Below are positions 41,801-50,800 of a stretch of DNA of 64,000 nt, in pieces. The position numbers and the translations under genes were made by a program. Source of the stretch: Antedon mediterranea (taxonomy: Eukaryota > Animalia > Echinodermata); the NCBI RefSeq assembly GCF_964355755.1, contig NC_092672.1, forward strand, positions 2,604,001 to 2,668,000. The letters run 5' to 3'. The notes beneath the pieces were generated by a model that saw nothing but the letters and a program-made list of their open reading frames with translations, searched no databases and was not told the origin of the DNA. Each line of letters opens with the position of its first letter. Position 1 is the first letter of the stretch.

Positions 41801-44800
41801 AATATTCAAAGATTATAATCTATTCTGAGATTCTGCTGAATTAATTATATTCTATTCATATTAATTCAAAGGTGATGTAGCCATACTTATACCATATGTC
41901 AATCTATTCCTTGCTGTCATTTAAACATATTATTTAATATTGAACATACAACATAGTAGTGACATTGAAAAATTTTCTTTTAAAATATTATGTAGGTAAT
42001 TGTTTAAATTTCTTTCAATTTATTCGATAAACCAACATCGATGAAAACTGTCACTAACAAGTAAATCACATAAATCATTTGAAACCAGATGAAAAATAAA
42101 TTAAGAAGAAAATTACTTGACTGAATCTCAATTCTAATAAAAACGTTAAAATAAAATAGCATTGTATTCCATGATTGTTTTTTTTTGCAGGTTATGATCG
42201 TGAAATGGCATTTTTCCAAGATGATGGATCCTATAAGGAATGGAAAAATTCAGATCACAGCAGCACTTGGTAACTAAACATGACTTTTATAAATGTTACA
42301 CAACTTGCGGTGCTGATTACGATTTGCATTATAGAACTATGTTTTCATACTTGTTTGATCGAAAAATGACTGGGGTTATACTATGCACAGCACTTAGAGG
42401 TTTCACAACATTAGGCACTTTATAACTTCAGAATGTTATTATTATTATAATTCATCCAAATGAAATTCAAATTTTTAATTCAAGGGAACTTTTTCATTCA
42501 ATATTTATTAAAATGTTGCAATACTTTGTATGTCATTAAAAGTTTAAGAAATGTATTTTAATATCTTATTGTCCTACCAAGGAAGACAGTTTTACTACAG
42601 ATGTTGCAAATAAGACAAATAAAGTTCAATTAAATTCAATTTATTCCGGATCACACATGCTAGACCCGGCGAGAACCCTACAGCGAACTCAACCACTTTT
42701 GATGGGACGTCCCAGCCTTTTATCTGTATATGAGGGATTTTTTTACCATACATTTCTCATATTTCACAGTATTATTAATTATGTATTTTCAGGTTGACTG
42801 CTTTTGCTACACTGACGATGTGTGAAGCAAACCAGTTCATATTCATTGACAGTCAGGTTATCTCCAAGTCCATTCACTGGCTAATGAACCATCAGAATAT
42901 GGACGGCCACTTCAATGAAACTTATCTGGGCAGAGATACTGTGGTTAGTAGGATCTTAATTAGGATTTCAAGTATACATAAATATACATAAGTATACATA
43001 CAGTATACATACAGTATACATACAGTATACATACAGTATACATACAGTATACATACAGTATACATACAGTATACATACAGTATACATACAGTATACATAC
43101 AGTATACATACAGTATACATACAGTATACATACAGTATACATACAGTATACATACAGTATACATACAGTATACATACAGTATACATACAGTATACATACA
43201 GTATACATAAGTATACATACAGTATACATACAGTATACATACAGTATACATACAGTATACATACAGTATACATAAGTATACATACAGTATACATACAGTA
43301 TACATACAGTATACATACAGTATACATACAGTATACATACAGTATACATACAGTATAACTTGAAAGATTCAAGGCACATGAGACGCAGAGATGTACAGTA
43401 TGATAATTATTGTAAAATCACAACGTCTTATATACAGTTTTTTTTATTCAAATGTTTAGGACGGGTTGAAAGGAAAGGCTGCACTCACGGCACATGTGTT
43501 GACGACTTTGGTTAAATGCAAACACCATGTTGTAAGTATTGTTAATAGTTTAAATATAATGTAGGAACTACATTTTACATACGGTACGGTACAAATTGGA
43601 TGCATTAAACTTGGGGTTAACCAATCCTCCCCCTCCCCCAAACACATAAATCCTTTTAAAAGTCCAGGGTATGTAAAATGTAGGTTGAATGAAGTGATGA
43701 AAAAGTAGTGCATTATTAATATCAAATTGTGCAGTGAACTTCAAGCAAAGATATAGTTGCTACACCAACAACAGAAAAAGGATGTTTGCATTTGCAAAAC
43801 CATGCATATACAAAAGTCACTATTATTATTTATCAAATTGCTATGCCGTTCTTGTATAGGATTCGCACTCGAAATGTTTGAACAGACTGGTTATGAATTT
43901 GATTTGAGTTCACAGCTTAAGTTCGGTCTCTATCAAACTAGTTTGACACAAAAAGTGTGATGTGCCCAAATATGGTAGTGATATACCCAATATAGTAGTG
44001 ATATGACATCATCATGTCCATTTATTATAGGCATATCACATTTTTTTCTCACATAAAGTTTGATAGTGTGGACAGAGCTTTAGACTTTCATAAAATTGAC
44101 ACCACTATTTTTCTTTACAGACATTTTCAGTTCATCAGTCTATAAAGAAAGCAACAGAATACTTAGAAGTAGTCATTTCAAATAAAGCGATTGAGAATAA
44201 ATACGCTCTGGCGATCACGACGTACGCCCTCAGTCTAGCCCACAGTAAATCTAGGCATACAGCAAATACAAAGCTGTTGTCACTCGCTTCTGAGGATGAA
44301 GGTTAGTGTTGTAGTTGTTCCTCCCAAACAAACAATTACCTCTAAAATTAAATACCACTAGGTCTAAAATACACTTGTTATGACTCATGATTCTAAACGC
44401 CACTATTATTGCTCTGTAAAAAATTGTCAACCAGAATTTTAGTTTAAATATCCACATACTGTAGCATAACATATACGAAGCCCTTTTTCACCAACATGTG
44501 GGTACTACTTTGTGGTTCTTGGTGCGTTGATCCCTTTGTAGCTGATAACAAAGCTATACTAGGATTTGGTGCAGGTGAACTGTCAAATCCTAATTGTGTA
44601 AAAAACATGCAATGGAACTGATGAAAACAAGGGTAAAAAAAAACTATTACTAAAAAATGGGTTTCTGTAGGACCACAAATGTCGTGGATAAATAGAAAAT
44701 ATTTTTGGTTTAGATAGATAAATGATGCAGCATCATCTTAATTTTTTTTTATCATATTATTTGAAAACTAATAAATATACTGCTGTTTAAATTAAACAGA

Positions 44801-47800
44801 ACTTGGATACCATTATTGGAATGTAGAAGAGACGACTCTGGAAGCAGAAGAGCTCGTTCAATGCTGGCGCTCTTTCAAACCTTCATCGATATCAGTAAAA
44901 ACAACCGGGTACGCCTTGTTGGCCCAGATTAAACTTGGAAATATGGATACAGCTAATGAAGTAGCTGATTGGATGGTTCGACAACAACGACACCTCACCA
45001 TCGGCTTCCAGTCAACAACTGTAATTAATTTATTTTGTTTCAAACTTTACTGTTCTTTTATATTCATTCAGGAAGAGTGGTTGTTCAGATAGTTCTTGAA
45101 ATATTTGCTATATTGGAAGTATTTCCAATTTATTAACCTGTTTAGATGGGCTGTGTGTGGTACTATACTATTCAAACTATACAATTAAACGCGTGAAAGG
45201 CCCATTTATACTAGAACAATAACAATCGGTGATAAGTAGATGATGCGCTTTTACTACAGAAAACAATAAAAATCGAACAAATTTATAGAATGACCATGAT
45301 TAATAAAAAAAATAATATCTTGACGATATGATTTTATTGTTCTTATTGATCATGATGTGATTGGATGTTTAAAACTATTGTTTTCTTCAAAGACAGAATG
45401 AATTGGTATCCTATAGTTTTAGGATGAAAACTTTTTCTAGTTCTTTTTTTTTCTAATGCATGTACATTATCATCCAGAGTATAAATGGGCCTTAAAGATG
45501 TATTGTCCCCCCAAAAAAATAAATCTTACAAAATGTTTTTAAATATGCCATCTTAATATCATCTAATAGTTATCCACTTTGTCCAAAAACTGGATCGAAA
45601 AAATGTATACCTAAAACACTGTATTTTAAATTGGTGGGCTTGGTTGAATTTAACTTTGTCATTTTATAAGTGAAAACATTAATTTTTCCGATTTTGTTTT
45701 TCTACGGAAGTGATTAACTGTATTAAAATTACAAAATAACATATTCAAAGTCTGATTTTATTAATCTTTTTTTTTTCATGTTTTTTGGGACAATACATCT
45801 TTAAGTGGATAAATCATATTGAAGTGTGTTTTATTTAAGACAGCTATTAACCTGCAAATATTTATAATGGCAGTTATTATTTTTAAATTAGCACAGAAAA
45901 CACTGCATGGAAAATAAAATATCAGCTTTTGTTTTATGTTTTTAAAATAATTTCATATTAATATTTTGTTTATTATTGATCATATTTTTGTTTTGTATTT
46001 TGTTTTAATGTGTTTTATTTAGTCACAACGAATTTAAACTATTTTTTAAAATTTTACAGTAAGATTGCATTTAAAAATAGTAGATTTTTTGACTTTTTAG
46101 GCAACTGGGCCAAACAATATTGGGAATTTTTCAGTTTTCATCTAAATTTAACCAACAAATGTTACTATATGTATTTCCATGCCAAATATGTTTTTTTAAT
46201 TGTTTTTTGTTGCAGTGTAACTGTGGTGTGGGCTTAGCCCAATCAGCTTGCGTATTACCCCGGCAGCAGCAGTTTGTACAAAACTTAATATCATGTGTCC
46301 GTACTTTTGTTAATTTATTAATTTCAAAGCATGTTTGCATTTTTAAATGTTTGCTATGCAATTGCTCTCATGACACTTGTCAAAATCATGAACAAAAGAT
46401 ATTTGAATTGCTTTGATTAACACAAAAAAAGTAATAATTTACGTAAAAATGTATGTAAATGTTAACTGCTTTAAAAAAGCCCATAAAAAGGTCAAGCCTT
46501 CCTTTAATCTAGCTTTTGTTTATTATTATTATTGCACGTTGTTATTTTAGTTTGTTTTCATTTTCATAGCTTTTCATAAATATTTATTTAAAGTTATCAA
46601 CAGGATCTAATGAAATTATTTTGCATTGATGTTTCCCCATTGAAATTTGTTTCTATTTCATTAAGCCTTGTCTTTACTATCAAACTTTATGTAAACAAAA
46701 TGTTGATGTTCCCATATATGGATATGATGAATGTCATATTACTACCATATTGGGGCACCGGCATCACACTTTTTTTTGTGTTAAACTAATTTGATAGTGT
46801 GGACAGAGCTTTAATTTCAATATTCTTCCTGCACCTGCTTGTTCCCACTTGCTTCAATACTTGCTTCAAATTTTCAAAACATAAAAGTTATTACAGTAAG
46901 ATCCAACAATAATATAACTAAAGATGTAAATTAAACCATGGAGGAAAAATAAAATGTTTCAATTTGTTTTCCCTCCATAAGTAACCATCTAAGCCAAACT
47001 ACCAGTCACTCATTTGTAATTATTGTGATTAGTGACACAATAACAAACATTGTTGTTATAAAAACCACATAATGTTTTAATTGCACACATGTAAAGCTTG
47101 ACATTTCAGAAGGTGTATAGATTAATTAAAACCCTAATTAAATAACATACAAAAACATTTTTTTATTTTCATAATATGCGTAGTGTCCATCACTTTGTGG
47201 TGTCACAACAATTCGATCCCATCCGTTAAATTCTTTGTGATGGATATCTTTTTTCAATAAATATTTAAATTACAATACCATCACCCTGCGGAGAGTTAGA
47301 CATAACTAGTAATGATGATGATGATGATGATGTTTAAATCATTTCTTTTTGTGTTTCAGGATGTGCAAGTTGGGATGCAGGCTCTAGCAGAGTACGCTAA
47401 GAAGACGCACGCAAGCAGCAGTCTTAATTTGGACGTAAAAGTCAAATTTTTTGATGATAAAATTGATTCAACAATCTTGAATCTCAGAAAGAATAATGCA
47501 TTGGTTCAGCAACAGTTAGAGGTATAACAAAAAACTATACAGCTAAAATACAGTTATAATGCATTAGTTCAACAACAGTTAGAGTTATAACAAAAACTAT
47601 ACAGCTAAAATGCAGTTATAATGTATTAGTTCAGCAACAGTAAATTTAATTTGGCCACATCTTAGCGCAGCTCTATGAGCACAGTTAACAGCCTGCAACT
47701 AAACAGGCTCTATGATCAGTTACAGCCTTCATAGTTATGCGATTGTTAAAGTCGGTTGAGTCGTGTTGGAAAAATGGCGATGACTATCATTTGACTGTTT

Positions 47801-50800
47801 TAAACCACTAGCTCAGATCATATACGTTTTTCACGTTATTAAAAATATATTTTGTAATTGCAGATTGTAGATGCAGCAAGGAAACGTATTGTTATTGAAA
47901 CAAATGGAACAGGGACTGCACAATTACAGGTATGTACTCTGATCGTTTGTTTATATCAGGGAAGAGAGAAATTTCTATAAATTTTATATATTTCTATATA
48001 TGCATGTGGTGGGGCATTTATTCGAGGAAATAAATAATGGCCCAGGGTGTTTATTCAAAATGATGTTCTATGGGGGGTGAGGGCGTTTATCCAAAGCGGG
48101 CGTTTATTCAAATAAATAAGGTTAAACTCTTGAATATAGAGATATGTATCTTCACACCCATCATGATTGATTTATTCATTAAATTCATGATTTTCATAAA
48201 CATTAAAAGCTTTGATCCTCTCTCCTTCATCTTTTTTCTTTTCTTTGTAATGTATTATACCATATGGACAATTGTCTGAAATAAAAGTTGAATTAAAATG
48301 ATGTTAGCATGTTCTTAAAGCATGACTTAAAGTGTATATTGTCAATGACATTTTTTTTATAAGATTGTATCGGATATTTTATATACCTGTTTTATACTAT
48401 TTAAAGTTTTGTTATAATTTTCTTTTCTGAGCTTCGGCTCATTGCATACCCGTTTTGTATCAAATAAGTTTATAGAAATATTCTTGTGAAAGAAATACTG
48501 TATTATTTTGTTGTTGATACAAATAAATGGTACGTATATAGTACCGCGAATGATGAATTTTCAGAGTTGCAATTTTTTGCATGTTTTTTATGTTTGTTCT
48601 TTATATTGCTTGCAGTAATCATTTTTTATAATCTTATTGTTTTTTTTATAAATTTCATTTGATTTAAAAATGGCAAAATAAATAAACCCTATTCTTGTTA
48701 TTGTTTTATAGCTTCATTAAAGAATATGTTTTAAAATGAGATGGTTTTTTTTCTAGATGAGTCTTGCATACAACACTAAAGCCAAAGTGAATTTTAAACC
48801 CTGTATATTTTCTGTTGCGGCAAGTACAACTGAGGTGAAAAATTCGAAAAAAAATGGTAGAAATTTGAGATATGAAGTGAGGGCTTGTGCAAGGTGAGTA
48901 AAGGAGTTTATTTATATATTATTTATTCAACTTTGTTTTACAATGGTAGCTCATAAGCTTGGTTCCCACTAGAACGTAACGCAAGGACGTAAACGCAACG
49001 CAAGCGTTTTAACCAATGACAAGCAAAGTTATAGACAGTTAGCAATCACAAGCGAATAAGCCATCGCTTGTAATTGATCAATTCACCTGCGTTGCGTTAC
49101 GTCCTTGTGTTGCGTCGCTAGTGGGAACCACGCTTAAGAGCTGTACTACGATGCAAAATATGCAATAGACGTCATTCAAACAGAAAGATACAAGAGGATT
49201 CATAACAGTTTTTCTGTAACAATAGGGACTTTATCCAACATGACAAGAGAACTGTCGTCAGGAGCAGAGTTTCTTGACATTTACAAAGATTAACTTACGT
49301 AAATCATGTCTATGATACGAACCTTTCCTTTAAAAAGTTTCTAATGTAAATGAGTGAGACTGAGTGACCAAGAGGTTAAGACAATGAAACCAGAATCCAT
49401 AGCCATATAGCTTATCAAACAACAAATTTCCTATATAGTTACTGCTTATGAATATTGGACAATAAAAGTTGTTGAATTTTGAATTTTTAAATGCATGTTT
49501 TTTATGTTTCAATTATGCATATTGGTTGTCCAAACCTTTTACATCTTGGTATCAGATACAAGATCACTTCACAATTTTTTAGTTAGTAAAGTAATAATAA
49601 TTGTTTTTTTTTATTTTGTGTAGAAATCTTCAAGAAAAGAAAGTTGCTATGGGCGTTCTTGAAGTCCAGCTATTTAGTGGATTTAGTTTTATCAAAGACA
49701 CGGTGATAAAACGTGGCGGCTTCAAAGAATTTGAAGAAGCCAATAGATCAGTGTTGTTCTACCTAGAACCAGTAAGTACCCCCTCATCCTGCCAGTAAGT
49801 ACCCCCTCATCCTTCCAGTAAGTACCCCCTTATCCTGCTGTATGGGTTAAGAACGTAAAGCAACATAAGTGATTTGACCAATCATGAGTGGTTCCCACAA
49901 TGCAACGCGGAGACCTACTGTATCAACGCAAAGTCCCGTATTGCGTCAGTGCTGCAAACATTGCTACTGGAAATCAAATCATGCAACAACGTATGGCAAG
50001 AACACTGGAAAATATAGCACATTGCGTAGCCAAGTACGCGGGGTGAACCAGGTGAATGTTAAAGGCAACAAACAGGTTGTATTTCACGCAAATGGGGCAT
50101 ACACAATTATTGGAAGGGTATTTACTTACGTTGCACAGGTTACATCATTGTGCATGGTTAGTGACCACAGTAATTAACTCAGCACGGGGGATAAAATATT
50201 GTAATAATACACTAATATATTTATTTTTACTTGTTTTTTTGTAGGTTCCAAGAGATGATTCATCTTGTGTGACTTTTGAAATTGAACAACTTTTCACGGT
50301 AGTCTCTATCCAGCCTGTTACTGTCTCCATGTATGACTATTCAGAGCCTGGTAAGTGAGACTAACCATGGAGCTATTTATAGCTCCATGGACTAACTCAC
50401 CACAGTGGTAATCGTACACTAAACACAATGCCACTTTACATAACATTTATTTAGACCAATGTTTTTTTTTGCCAAAACTGATATATTATTTACCTGAAGA
50501 AAAAAACTAATTGAAATAAAAATTAGTCAACCAGAAGTCCATTGTCGGTCAGACAAACAGGTTTTTTGTTGAATTCAACCGTTTATGTTGTCTCTCTGAA
50601 GTAAAACTACAAAATGGCATATTCAAAGTTTGATTTTATTCATCTTTATTTTTACTGTTTTGTGGGACAATTATTATAAAGTGACTCTTTCTAAAATCCT
50701 AGATAACAAATGCACCGAGTTTTACCAACCGCCTGGTGGTAGTGAGCTGCTCAGCCTTTTATGTGTAAATGAAACATGCCAATGCTCAGATGGTAAGTGA

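Noticed and set aside
42922-43379. Minus-strand ORFs with (MYTVCILYVYC)n
   Set aside because: Artefacts of the 11-bp intronic tandem repeat.
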